Assembly: GCA_032161105.1 (NCBI GenBank)
Contig: JAVHTD010000013.1
Source of the DNA: Candidatus Thermosaccharophagus tengchongensis
GTDB lineage: Bacteria; Armatimonadota; Fervidibacteria; Fervidibacterales; Thermosaccharophagaceae
DNA length: 64,000 nt
Strand: one strand, 5' to 3'
Part shown: one piece after another, positions 39,421 to 49,358 of the stretch
How the letters are laid out: each line of letters opens with the position of its first letter
How positions within the stretch are numbered: position 1 is the stretch's first letter
Notes under the pieces: generated by a model
The model's database searches: none
Told to the model about the DNA's origin: nothing
What the model saw: the letters and a program-made list of their open reading frames with translations, nothing else
Program-made: the position numbers and the translations under genes

Positions 39421-40440
39421 TTATTTTGAGCAGTTGATGAGCACTTTGATTCGCTCAAGATCACCGTAAGCCAAGCTGAGGAAAGCCTCCCTCGCCTCAC
39501 GCAACGGGACTTCACTCACCCAGCCATGAACTTGCACATGCTCATCACAAAGCAGCTTTATGGCTGCTTCAAAGTCACCACGGGTGTATGCATAGCTGCC
39601 TTGAATGCGCTTTTCGCCCGTCACAATGCCCGCGCCATCAATGAGGGCATCGGCATCGTGCAAGCCAATCCACACCGCAATCCCTTCCGGGGATAGCAGC
39701 TTGCATGAGAGTGCCCTCGTCTCACTCTTCCCAACAGCATCAAAACACACATCAGCGCCAACACCATGCGTCAAATCGCTAACAAGCTCACTCACATCAA
39801 CTTCATTCGGGTCAATAGCCACTTCAGCACCGAGTGACTTGGCGACCTCCCTGCGCTGCTCAACCGGATCAATGACCACGACAGTGATGCCATCAAAACG
39901 CTTCACCACTTGCAGGCAAAGCAACCCTATCGTGCCAGCGCCAATGATGACCACATTGTTGAAACCGTTTGTGCGCGCAAGGCGGCATGCATGCACCGCA
40001 TTTGCCAACGGCTCCGAGAGGGCTGCAAGCTTTAGGTCAAGCATGCTTGGGAGCTTGAAGACGCATTGCCTTGGAACACTCACATACTCGGCATACCCGC
40101 CGGGACGATGCATGCTCAAAAGCTTCCTCCGCTGGCAAACATTCTCAAAGCCCCTCATGCACAGCCTGCATTCACCGCATGATATAAGCGGGTTAACCAC
40201 TACGCGCTCTCCAACCTCAAAGCCACTTACGCCATGACCAACATCAGCCACAATGCCACTAAACTCATGCCCCATGATCAAAGGCGGCTTGCGCCTCCTG
40301 CCACTCACAAACGATTCAACCTCAGAGCCGCAAATGCCGCACCATGCAACCTTGATTAACACTTCATCGGCTCCCGGTTTGGGCATCGGCAACTCAAGCA
40401 ATTCAATCTCTCCGGGCGCTGTGTAAACGAGTGCCATCAT
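39421..40440 (-). CDS. Zinc-binding (MDR) alcohol/sugar-alcohol dehydrogenase
   Basis: GICGS, GHEFSG, CGECRLC..C structural Zn site, GAGTIG. Confidence 0.92.
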   Translation of the reverse strand: MMALVYTAPGEIELLELPMPKPGADEVLIKVAWCGICGSEVESFVSGRRRKPPLIMGHEFSGIVADVGHGVSGFEVGERVVVNPLISCGECRLCMRGFENVCQRRKLLSMHRPGGYAEYVSVPRQCVFKLPSMLDLKLAALSEPLANAVHACRLARTNGFNNVVIIGAGTIGLLCLQVVKRFDGITVVVIDPVEQRREVAKSLGAEVAIDPNEVDVSELVSDLTHGVGADVCFDAVGKSETRALSCKLLSPEGIAVWIGLHDADALIDGAGIVTGEKRIQGSYAYTRGDFEAAIKLLCDEHVQVHGWVSEVPLREAREAFLSLAYGDLERIKVLINCSK

Positions 40441-40660
40441 CCCCTTTTGAGTTCACCTCCAACATGGCAAGCCTGCCACATGCCACTTCAACGGTGCATT
40501 TTATGTCGCGCTCGGACGAATGGCACATCCGTTAACGGCACTTGGCACACTGCGACACATTGCATAATTGATGAAAGCTGTGGGCTGTTTTTTCATCAAT
40601 CACCACATAGCGCAAGCTGCGCAAGCTATATTCACAGCTGCTTCAAGGTTGTGAACGAGC

Positions 40661-41746
40661 ATGCGCGAGGAACGGCTTAAGGAGCGCATACTGTCGTTCA
40701 TCTTGAATGGCGATGGCTCATTTGACGAACTCGCAATTGAGCTGTTTGCCCATCAGTTTGAGCGCAATGCGCCATACAAACGCTATTGCGAGCAACTCGG
40801 CATCACACCGAGGAACATCACCAATTGGCGTCAAATACCATCAGTGCCAACACTCGCTTTCAAGTTCTTTGACTTGGCTTGCCAACCGATTGGGATGGCA
40901 AAGTTCATCTTCACATCAAGCGGCACAACACATGGGCAATGGATGAGGAGCAAGCATTACATATTTGACGAGAGGTTCTACGAAGCCGCCGCATCTGTTT
41001 GGTTCAAACGCCATCTCATGCCCGACAACTCACGCATGACATTCCTCATCCTTTTCCCATCGCACGGCGAGCTCAAAAGCTCGTCGCTTGCATTCATGCT
41101 TGACCTGCTAATGCGCCGCTTTGGCTCTGAGGGGAGCGCTCACTTCGTCGTCAACGGCAAGCTGCTCACTGATGAACTGATTGACAGGTTGGCAAAAGCC
41201 TCCGATGATAATGAGCCAGTCTGCATCCTCGGCACTTCGCTTGCATTGTGCGAATTCGTTGATGAGTGTGAGAGGCGCAAGTTGAGCTTCAATTTGCCGG
41301 GCGGCAGCAGGCTGATGGACACCGGCGGGTTCAAGGGGAGGCGCAAAGAAGTCCCTAAGGACGAGTTGTATGAGCGCTACGAGAGCCTCTTTCGGATACC
41401 CAAATGCAACATCATCAACGAATATGGCATGGCTGAGCTGTCGTCACAGTTTTATGATGGCGTCGTGGGCGCTGCAAGCGAACGCGCATTTAAGCCACCG
41501 CCATGGGTGAGGAGCGTCGTTGTTGACCCTGTAACGCTCAACGAAGTGGATGATGGTGCAGTGGGCATACTGCGCCATTACGACTTAGCCAATGTTGATT
41601 CCGTGATGGCGATACAAACCGATGACATCGCCCGAAGGCATGGCGATGGCTTCATACTGCTCGGGAGGGCGAGCGGCTCCGAAGCGAGAGGTTGTTCGCT
41701 GCTCGCTGAAGAGTGGGACATAGCAGTTGGCAATAGGGGCAGCTAA
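40661..41746 (+). CDS. luxE: Acyl-protein synthetase, LuxE family
   Basis: FTSSGTT, DTGGFKGR, EYGMAELSSQ, DLAN..S...IQTDD, LGRA...EARGCS. Confidence 0.82.
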   Translation: MREERLKERILSFILNGDGSFDELAIELFAHQFERNAPYKRYCEQLGITPRNITNWRQIPSVPTLAFKFFDLACQPIGMAKFIFTSSGTTHGQWMRSKHYIFDERFYEAAASVWFKRHLMPDNSRMTFLILFPSHGELKSSSLAFMLDLLMRRFGSEGSAHFVVNGKLLTDELIDRLAKASDDNEPVCILGTSLALCEFVDECERRKLSFNLPGGSRLMDTGGFKGRRKEVPKDELYERYESLFRIPKCNIINEYGMAELSSQFYDGVVGAASERAFKPPPWVRSVVVDPVTLNEVDDGAVGILRHYDLANVDSVMAIQTDDIARRHGDGFILLGRASGSEARGCSLLAEEWDIAVGNRGS

Positions 41747-41846
41747 GCTGCTCGCAGTTGCTTGCAGCTTTGTTGGCAGAGAAAACCCAATCAATCGCGC
41801 ACGGGAGCATTTGAAGATGGCAATCAAATGGGTGCTTAAGGGATGA

Positions 41847-42608
41847 ATGACCATGAGGACGGCTCACCAAAAATCTGCGAAAGCCAGAAGGGCGGAGAGG
41901 TGGCGTTGCCCAAAGTGCAATAGGGTGGTGAGCCCTCGCCCGATTGAATCGCCGCGCTGCCCGCACTGCGGCGAGAACTTGCGCAAGTGCCGATATTGCA
42001 GGTGGGCAGACACGAGGATGTGGGAATGCACCAATTTCACGATGGTCTCAATGCACGGTGACGAGACCGGCAGACTGCGCATACCTGAGCCGGAGTTCTC
42101 GCGGCAGTGTCCGTTCTACGATTCAAGATTGAAGGTCGGCTTCCCATTGAAGCCAATGCACATAGTGAGCATAGGAATTGCGCTCGTCCTTCTCCTCGCC
42201 ATCGTCTATGGAGCATACTTTCGCCCTCGGCTTGAAGAGGTGCGCGTTGGTGACATCTGGGCAAACTTACAAGCACCACCGGTTGCCCGTTTCCTAACGC
42301 CATTTTACATAAGGGTGGATCTGCGAAATTTGCATCACTCACTTGACTCAGGTGATATCGTGTTCCGAGTGGAAGGAGAGCTCGTGCAAAATTGCGACCT
42401 CATATCCGCATACCCGCCGCCGCTGCGCATGACAAAATCAAGGGCTGCAGCACATTGCTTTTATCCCCCGATCAAACCCGGCTCTTGGCTCATTGCTGAG
42501 CTCGGATTTAAGCCGCTCCATACGGGTGAATTCACTGGCAAGCTCGTCATCTTCCAAGGCGGAAGGAGAACATATAACCTGAGCCTCAAAGTGGCGGTGA
42601 TACCGTAG
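41847..42608 (+). CDS. Hypothetical single-pass membrane protein with Cys-rich N-terminal zinc ribbon
   Basis: CPKC..CPHC..CRYC..C..C, then a TM helix, then a beta-rich domain. Confidence 0.65.
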   Translation: MTMRTAHQKSAKARRAERWRCPKCNRVVSPRPIESPRCPHCGENLRKCRYCRWADTRMWECTNFTMVSMHGDETGRLRIPEPEFSRQCPFYDSRLKVGFPLKPMHIVSIGIALVLLLAIVYGAYFRPRLEEVRVGDIWANLQAPPVARFLTPFYIRVDLRNLHHSLDSGDIVFRVEGELVQNCDLISAYPPPLRMTKSRAAAHCFYPPIKPGSWLIAELGFKPLHTGEFTGKLVIFQGGRRTYNLSLKVAVIP

Positions 42609-42719
42609 GAAGCAAAGCGGGCGTGATTAAATTGGGTGTGTTGTGGGAAACGAAGACAAGCCCTCATTCTCAATGCGGGTAAGCTTTGAAAGCGCCTTTG
42701 GAAGAAGGGGGTGGTCGCA

Positions 42720-43607
42720 ATGAAGCTGCGCGGGATAATACCTCCCGTAGTCACTCTGATTGATGAGGGTGAGCGAGTTGACGAGAGCGCTTTCGCAGCA
42801 CACCTTTGCGCATTGATTGAGAGTGGTGTTCACGGATTGTTCGTCCTCGGTAGCGCAGGCGAGTGCGTCTCCCTCAGAGATAGCGAGAAGAGGCGCGCCA
42901 TAAAGGTAACAGTTGAACTCGCCAAGGGGAAGCTTCCCATACTCGTCGGGACGATGGACACGAGCACCATGCGCACGATTGATAATGCAAGGGTTGCCGA
43001 GGACATGGGAGCAGATGCAGTCGTTGTCACACCGCCATTTTACTACAACCACACGAGGGATGAGGTAATTCGCCATTACGAGATGGTGGCAAAAAGCACC
43101 GGTTTGCCATTGGTCATCTACAACATCCCGCAGCTAACCAAGTTTCACCTGAGCGCCAGAGATGTCTCGGTGTTGATCGGCACGGGCAACATCATCGGGA
43201 TAAAGGACAGCAGTGGCAGCTGGAGCAACTTGCTTGAGCTGTTGGAAACATTCGGCGGGAGGGACGACTTCAGCATACTCATCGGTGACGAAGACTTAAC
43301 ATGCGCCGGACTCCTCATGGGCGCTGATGGCGCGATAATGGCGATCGCAAATTTAGCACCGAGGCTTGCGGTGCGCATATACGAAGCTGCCTCAAACGGT
43401 CATTTGGATGAGCTGAGGGCACTGCAGCGTGAACTCCTCAAGCTGCTTCGCATTTACAAATACGGCTCACCGCTGGCATGCCTTAAAGCGGCATTGTCAA
43501 TTGCGGGTGTGGGCAACGGAAAGGCATGCGAACCAATTGGTGGAGTCTCGGAGGATGCCCGTGAGCGCATCAAGCAAATCCTCATTGAGTGCGGTTTGCT
43601 CACATGA
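42720..43607 (+). CDS. Dihydrodipicolinate synthase/N-acetylneuraminate lyase family aldolase
   Basis: GSAGE, PPFY, IYNIP, GIKDS (Schiff-base Lys). Confidence 0.9.
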   Translation: MKLRGIIPPVVTLIDEGERVDESAFAAHLCALIESGVHGLFVLGSAGECVSLRDSEKRRAIKVTVELAKGKLPILVGTMDTSTMRTIDNARVAEDMGADAVVVTPPFYYNHTRDEVIRHYEMVAKSTGLPLVIYNIPQLTKFHLSARDVSVLIGTGNIIGIKDSSGSWSNLLELLETFGGRDDFSILIGDEDLTCAGLLMGADGAIMAIANLAPRLAVRIYEAASNGHLDELRALQRELLKLLRIYKYGSPLACLKAALSIAGVGNGKACEPIGGVSEDARERIKQILIECGLLT

Positions 43608-43642
43608 GCGCATTGCATGCGATTAACCGATGCGGTAGCGTT

Positions 43643-44806
43643 TTACCTTTGCACCGATTGACCGGCTGGGCGCACGGTCAAATCGGCTGGGAAAAATTTG
43701 AAAGCCACAAGTGGCTCATTGCCATCGTTCTCAAAGATGTGCGGCTTTGTCGCTGCCATGTGTGAGACGAAAAACTCGTTTCCGGGGCGCACGGCTTTAC
43801 CGTTCAACCTGCCCCTCCCACGCCACACAAACAGGGCATATGGCGATGATTCAACGCTCTCAAAATTCGTGTGGACAATGAGCCGCTTGGCTCCAAACTT
43901 CCTTGTAAGAGTTGGCGGAACTATCCAAGCCTCTTCGCCGCCCCTCCTTTCACCCTCAACCGGTGTGGGCACAAGGCGATACCTTTCAATGATGTCGTCC
44001 TGCTGTGATGTCTCCATGTCAATGAATTGCAAAGCCATCTCAATGTCCGTGAACCCGGGGTGGACTTGCCTTGGGCTCATCCTCCTCCCGTTGATTTTCG
44101 TTTCAAGCAGCGTATACACATCCGATGGCTGTTGGACTTCAAGTGTGAGTGCCGTCCCGGGACGATGCGGCACGCCAGCCGGAACAAAGAAGCCCTCACC
44201 GTAGCGCTGATAAAAGTGCGGCGAGAGCTCAAGAAGGTAATCACGACCTTTTTCAATTGCCCTCTTCAGCTCGTCAAGGCTTACACCCTTGTGCAGCCCG
44301 ACATGCGTATATGGCACATTACCTTTCGGTGCCTCAAGGAAGTAATAAGCCTCGTCCTTGCCGAAGCGATGCCCGAGAAAGTGCTGTGGGAAATTTGAGA
44401 CGGCTTTATCGTCTGCGTGGAAGTGAAAGACGATTGGCTCATAAGGGTCAAGTATCTTCACGAGGACAAGGAAGTCACCGCCATGCGCCTTGTTGCGCTC
44501 CTCACCAAGGAGCAAGTCACCGCGCATCCTCAATGCATCGCGCAATGTCAATTTGGCTTTGCGTGTGGCGATGCGGCTCAATCCCTCACCGCTTATTGGG
44601 TGTGGATTGACCGCTTCAACAGTTGAGGCTATCCAGCGCTCCGGTATCCACAGCTTTGAATCCGATTGGAATGTGTCGCCGGGCTTCTTGCCCAAGCCGA
44701 GCCTGCCACCATCCATGTAGAAGCGCCGCACAAAAGTTGGCTGCAACGGCAATATCCCACCTGTGCGCTCAATGAGCTCATCTAACACTTGCTCAACATC
44801 CACCAT
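43643..44806 (-). CDS. Cupin-fold protein resembling type I phosphomannose isomerase
   Basis: LVKILD..FHFH..KDEAYYF..VPAGVPH..LEVQQPSD metal-ligand pattern. Confidence 0.6.
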   Translation of the reverse strand: MVDVEQVLDELIERTGGILPLQPTFVRRFYMDGGRLGLGKKPGDTFQSDSKLWIPERWIASTVEAVNPHPISGEGLSRIATRKAKLTLRDALRMRGDLLLGEERNKAHGGDFLVLVKILDPYEPIVFHFHADDKAVSNFPQHFLGHRFGKDEAYYFLEAPKGNVPYTHVGLHKGVSLDELKRAIEKGRDYLLELSPHFYQRYGEGFFVPAGVPHRPGTALTLEVQQPSDVYTLLETKINGRRMSPRQVHPGFTDIEMALQFIDMETSQQDDIIERYRLVPTPVEGERRGGEEAWIVPPTLTRKFGAKRLIVHTNFESVESSPYALFVWRGRGRLNGKAVRPGNEFFVSHMAATKPHIFENDGNEPLVAFKFFPADLTVRPAGQSVQR

Positions 44807-44914
44807 GCAAACCGCACCACCTTACCCCTTTGGTTGATGAACTGATGCACCACTTGGCGGACCGCTCTTGCAGCACAGCGGTGATATGCCATTTAACTTG
44901 GGCTTCTTAACTCG

Positions 44915-45619
44915 TTAACTTTGCGCCTCAGGCTCATCGCGTTCTAAAGCGACATCGGCGGGCAATTTCCCCTCGCCACCAATTGCGAGCGCCTCAGTTA
45001 GCTCGCCCATGCCCGGTTTGAATGCCCCACCTGAGACAATCAACTTGATGGCGTCCTCAAATGAGATGTCAATGTATATGACGCTCTCCTCCGGAACGAC
45101 AAGCGTAAACCCAGTTAATGGCGTAGGCGTGCTCGGAATAAAGACCGTCACCATGCGCTTCCCAACGGCATTTTCAATGGCGCCACCAGCATAACCTGTC
45201 AGGAAGCCAACGAGATGACACCCAGCCCTCGGCAGTGAAATAAGCACTGGCTTCCCAAGGAACCTCACCGTTGGCTGCGTGAAGAATTGAACAATTTGGC
45301 GAGCCGGCGGGTAGATGATGCGAATTATGGGCAATTGCGCCAGAAGCGAGTCCCACCACTTTATAATCCTTCGCCCAACCACAGTTGAACCGATGAACCC
45401 GATGAGCACGATTATTCCGATGACCAAGATGAGCGAGAGGAACAATCCGATCCCCGGTATTGTGATGTGCAATGTCCTGCTAACCCACTTATCAGCAACT
45501 GGCGCAAGCGGCTTGTAGATGAGTTGCGTGATGTATGCCAATACGCCCACCGTCACGGCAATGGGCAAGGTGACTGCAACACCGGTCAAGAAGTAACGCC
45601 TCAAAAGTCTCAGGCTCAT
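44915..45619 (-). CDS. DUF502 membrane protein
   Basis: RRYFLTG, P.IRIIY, VFIPSTPTPLTGF, IVSGG. Confidence 0.9.
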   Translation of the reverse strand: MSLRLLRRYFLTGVAVTLPIAVTVGVLAYITQLIYKPLAPVADKWVSRTLHITIPGIGLFLSLILVIGIIVLIGFIGSTVVGRRIIKWWDSLLAQLPIIRIIYPPARQIVQFFTQPTVRFLGKPVLISLPRAGCHLVGFLTGYAGGAIENAVGKRMVTVFIPSTPTPLTGFTLVVPEESVIYIDISFEDAIKLIVSGGAFKPGMGELTEALAIGGEGKLPADVALERDEPEAQS

Positions 45620-46911
45620 TCATCTCCCTCCTTGGGCGTCACCACATCGGTATTGTGCTCCATCACGATGCGCACCTTTGTCACGCGGCGCCTCCTCACC
45701 TCCTCAACGAACATGGTTGCGCCATCAATTTGGATGCCTTCACCAACCTGAGGTATGTGTCCGAGGGCATACAGCACGAATCCACCGAGTGTATCATAGT
45801 CGCCATCCGGTAACGATATCCCGAGTTTGCTATGCACCTCGCTTTTGCTCAAGCCGGCATCCACGATATAGCTGCCATCCGGCAAACGCTGTATTTGCGG
45901 CGCTTCAATATCATGCTCATCAACCAGCTCACCAACGACTTGCTCCACAATGTCCTCAAGGGTGATTAAGCCAGCCGTGCTTCCATACTCGTCAATGACG
46001 ATGGCAATGTGAACCCTTGAGGTGCGCATCTCATTCAGCAACTCCCTGAGGTTTTTCGCCTCAGGCACATAGAGCGGTGTGCGCATTATCAATCTCGGCT
46101 CAATTTCAAACTCGCCTCTGCTCCAGCGGCTGAGGATGTCATAGGCATACACGACACCGATTATGTTATCAATGTCGCCCTCATACAGCGGTATGCGTGA
46201 GTGCCCCGTCTCCACAATGACTTTCACGACATCGCTGATCCTGCAATTTGATGGCAGGCAGACTATGTCTGGACGGGGCACCATGACTTCCCTTACAAGC
46301 ATCCTATCAAGGCGCACTATGCCAGAGGCGATGTCAAACTCGCGCTTCTGTATGACATCCTCATCAATGCCTATCTCAAGCAACGCCATTATCTCTTCAT
46401 CTGTGAGCTTGAGCTGTTCACGCGCCTCTTTGTATCCTATGAGGCGAAGGAAAGCCCGTGCAGCTGTTAAGAATAAATCCGCAATTGGCGTCACCAACTC
46501 ACCGAAGAGTTTGAGCAGCTTATTCCACCTTGCAAGAACCCTCTCAGGATACTGCATGCTGTATGCCTTCGGGGTTATCTCGCAAACGCTCAATATGAAG
46601 GTGAGCATGAGCAATGTCCCGATGACATGGATATGCGTTTCCTTTGGGGCGATGGTGACAAGCATGTGCGTTGTCAATGCCGATGTGAACAGTATCGCCA
46701 TGTTACACCCGACCACAAATGACGGGATGTAACGCCTTAACCTCTCCCAATCAAGCAACCATTGTGCTTCATCGGCGCTGCGGCTGAACATTGCCTGAAG
46801 CCTTGCCCTGCTTGAGGCAACTAAAGCAGCCTCAAATAGCGAGAGCAAAAATATGGTAATCAACCCGCCACCTATTAGGCAAGCCTCAATCCACAGCAGC
46901 GCTCCTTTCAT
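45616..46911 (-). CDS. Hemolysin-family HlyC/CorC (CNNM-CBS-CorC) transporter, copy 2
   Basis: CEITPK, VREVMVPR, GHSRIP, IDEYG..AGLITLEDI.E..VGE..DEHD, YDTLGG. Confidence 0.92.
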   Translation of the reverse strand: MKGALLWIEACLIGGGLITIFLLSLFEAALVASSRARLQAMFSRSADEAQWLLDWERLRRYIPSFVVGCNMAILFTSALTTHMLVTIAPKETHIHVIGTLLMLTFILSVCEITPKAYSMQYPERVLARWNKLLKLFGELVTPIADLFLTAARAFLRLIGYKEAREQLKLTDEEIMALLEIGIDEDVIQKREFDIASGIVRLDRMLVREVMVPRPDIVCLPSNCRISDVVKVIVETGHSRIPLYEGDIDNIIGVVYAYDILSRWSRGEFEIEPRLIMRTPLYVPEAKNLRELLNEMRTSRVHIAIVIDEYGSTAGLITLEDIVEQVVGELVDEHDIEAPQIQRLPDGSYIVDAGLSKSEVHSKLGISLPDGDYDTLGGFVLYALGHIPQVGEGIQIDGATMFVEEVRRRRVTKVRIVMEHNTDVVTPKEGDE

Positions 46912-46959
46912 CGTTACCGCTCCATAGCCAAAACGGAATCAACGCCGTTTAGCCGTGGC

Positions 46960-48285
46960 TTAAAGCGAGTGCTCAGGCTTCGGCATTGTGCTCCCGTTGC
47001 CGCTGCGCACTCCCTTTAACTTCAACCGCTTGATTCGCCTCCCATCCATTTCGGCGACCTCAATCTGGACATCGCCGACTGTTAATCTATCTCCAACCTG
47101 AGGTAGACGCTCAAGCACCTCATAAACAAGCTCAGCAAGCGTGTCGTATTCCTCCTCGGGCAGCTCAATGTCAATCAACCTCTCAACCTGTCTCAAGCTC
47201 AAGCGAGCATCAACTATGTAGCTACCATCTGGCAAACTCTTGATCAGGCTTTGTGCGGCATCCCACTCATCATGTATCTCGCCAAATATCTCTTCAATGA
47301 GATCCTCAACCGTGACCAATCCAGCAACGCTTCCCTCTTCGTCAAGGACAATAGCCATAGCTCGGTGCATCCTCTGCATCGTTTCAAGCACAGTGTAAGC
47401 CCGCTGCGATTCCGCAACAAATAGCGGCTCCCTGCATATCTCCCCGACTTTGAGGTTGCTCTTGCCGAAGTGCCAAGCTGCCAATACATCCTTCGCATAC
47501 AGTATCCCGACAATGTTATCAAGCTCGCCATGATACACGGGTAGCCTTCCATGACCAGACTCAACCATCTTTTGAACGGCTTCTTCAATGGTCATCTCGT
47601 CTGGTATGCAGACCATGTCTCGTCTCCTGACCATGACTTCGCCAACCGTTATATCGGTGAACTCAATTGCGCTGTGGAGCATCTGGCGCTCATCATAGGT
47701 TATCGTCCCTTGCTCCTCAGCCATTTTGATCAGGGCGAGGAGCTCCGACTCGGTGATAAGCGGGTAACGAATCTCATGCCCAGCCCTGACCATGCGCAGG
47801 AGCGCACCAGAGATTGTGCTCGTCAACCATATGAGTGGGGAGAGGATAAAGCCCACAAGTTTAATCGGCAATGCCGAAATGAGGGCGACTCGCAGCGAGT
47901 TTGATATGCCGTATGTTACTGGGGCGAGTTCGGCAAAGATGAGTGCGAGGAATGCGAATGCCAACGGGATGAGCGGCTTGAGCCACCTGATGGAGTCAGT
48001 GTTAAGCAAATCGGTAGTGGCGTGTGTTGCCAGTGCCTCAGCAATATACAAATGCGCCGTTATCGCAATGAGTATAGTCGCAACAAGCTTTGACGGGTTT
48101 GAGAGCATGCGCTGAATGATGAGGGCACGCCTATTCCCTTCCTTCGCCAACCTTTGTATTTGTATCCTCCCGACACCAAGGAGCCCAACCTCAGCTGCTG
48201 CAAAGAATGCACCGATGCCGAGGAAGATCAACCCGATGAGAAGCTTCAAAGCCGCCCATAAAGGCGCGCCTTCATCCAACTGCAA
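46960..48285 (-). CDS. Hemolysin-family HlyC/CorC (CNNM-CBS-CorC) transporter, copy 1
   Basis: FFAAAE, FAELAP, EVMVRR, GHGRLP, DEEG..AGLVTVEDLIEEIFGEI. Confidence 0.92.
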   Translation of the reverse strand: MQLDEGAPLWAALKLLIGLIFLGIGAFFAAAEVGLLGVGRIQIQRLAKEGNRRALIIQRMLSNPSKLVATILIAITAHLYIAEALATHATTDLLNTDSIRWLKPLIPLAFAFLALIFAELAPVTYGISNSLRVALISALPIKLVGFILSPLIWLTSTISGALLRMVRAGHEIRYPLITESELLALIKMAEEQGTITYDERQMLHSAIEFTDITVGEVMVRRRDMVCIPDEMTIEEAVQKMVESGHGRLPVYHGELDNIVGILYAKDVLAAWHFGKSNLKVGEICREPLFVAESQRAYTVLETMQRMHRAMAIVLDEEGSVAGLVTVEDLIEEIFGEIHDEWDAAQSLIKSLPDGSYIVDARLSLRQVERLIDIELPEEEYDTLAELVYEVLERLPQVGDRLTVGDVQIEVAEMDGRRIKRLKLKGVRSGNGSTMPKPEHSL

Positions 48286-48345
48286 ATTGCCCCCTCACCG
48301 AAGGTATGGTTCAACACGCCATTCGCCAAAGCGTCGGCATTAAGT

Positions 48346-48354
48346 ATTATAGCA
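48346..48354 (-). promoter_or_regulatory. Extended -10 promoter for the hlyC-hlyC-DUF502 operon
   Basis: TGCTATAAT on the minus strand, about 60 bp upstream of 48285. Confidence 0.55.
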
Positions 48355-48548
48355 TCGCCAAACTGGATGTGGGAGCGAACTGGTATGAGCCGCGCTTCAT
48401 AACGACTTATGATGGCATCTCGTGCTCAAAAGCCGCACAACCATAATGGACAGCATCATGTCGGCAAACGCTCGTTATGATTTATTTCGGCATAGGATGG
48501 TTTGGGTTGACGATTTGAATGATGGGCGGTGCAAGGAGGGCGATAGCA

Positions 48549-48911
48549 ATGCCGCTTTACGAATATCGGTGTGAAGGCTGCGGGAAGCGCTTTACCTTCC
48601 TTTACGGCGTTATATCCGATAACATCAATCCGAGATGCCCGAGGTGCGGCAGCAGCCAGCTCAAGAAGCTCATCTCAAGAACGAGGAGATTGAGGGGCGA
48701 GGACGAAATACTTGAGAGCATGGCTGACTCAATCAGCGATATAGACGAGACGGACACTAAAGCCATACGGAAGTTTATCAGGCGCATGGGTAAAGAACTC
48801 GGCTCGGAGCTCGGTGAGGACATCACTGATGAGCTTGAGGCTGCCCTTGAGGAGGAGGAAAAGAGGGGCGGCGCAAGGGAAGGGGAGGAAATTGATGAGC
48901 ACATTTATTGA
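48549..48911 (+). CDS. FmdB-family zinc-ribbon protein
   Basis: MPLYEYRCEGCG...CPRCGS...KLIS; SD AGGAGG. Confidence 0.88.
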   Translation: MPLYEYRCEGCGKRFTFLYGVISDNINPRCPRCGSSQLKKLISRTRRLRGEDEILESMADSISDIDETDTKAIRKFIRRMGKELGSELGEDITDELEAALEEEEKRGGAREGEEIDEHIY

Positions 48912-48977
48912 TTGCCGTCCGCAGCTTAAGGATGCCATACGCACATGCAAGTTGAGGCGCAATGAGGGTGAGAGCAA

Positions 48978-49358
48978 ATGGATTGCATCACCTTGAAAGG
49001 GCTGCAGTTTTACGGTCATCACGGATGCACAGCGCATGAGAGGAAACTCGGACAGCGTATAGAAGTGGATGTGACATTGAGGCTTGACTTGAGCAAGGCT
49101 GGAGAGAGCGACAATTTGAAGCACACGGTCAATTACATCTCGGTGTATGAGATTGCGCGCGACATCGTTACGAACGAGAGCTGCAGGCTGCTTGAGTCAA
49201 TTGCAGCAAGGATAGCAAATAGCATCCTTTCAAGGTTTGGGAGCGTTCATGAAGTTGAAGTTAGCGTCAGGAAGTATAACCCGCCGATTGGTGGTATTTC
49301 CGAGTTCGTTGAAGTGAGCATATCTCGGACGAGGGAGCACGGATGCGGACTCAAATGA
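48978..49358 (+). CDS. folB: Dihydroneopterin aldolase
   Basis: FYGHHG...ER..GQ..VD, SDNL..TVNY, LLE, K.NPPI. Confidence 0.95.
   Translation: MDCITLKGLQFYGHHGCTAHERKLGQRIEVDVTLRLDLSKAGESDNLKHTVNYISVYEIARDIVTNESCRLLESIAARIANSILSRFGSVHEVEVSVRKYNPPIGGISEFVEVSISRTREHGCGLK

Noticed and set aside
40661..41746. Bioluminescence operon
   Set aside because: No luxA, luxB, luxC, luxD or luxG adjacent
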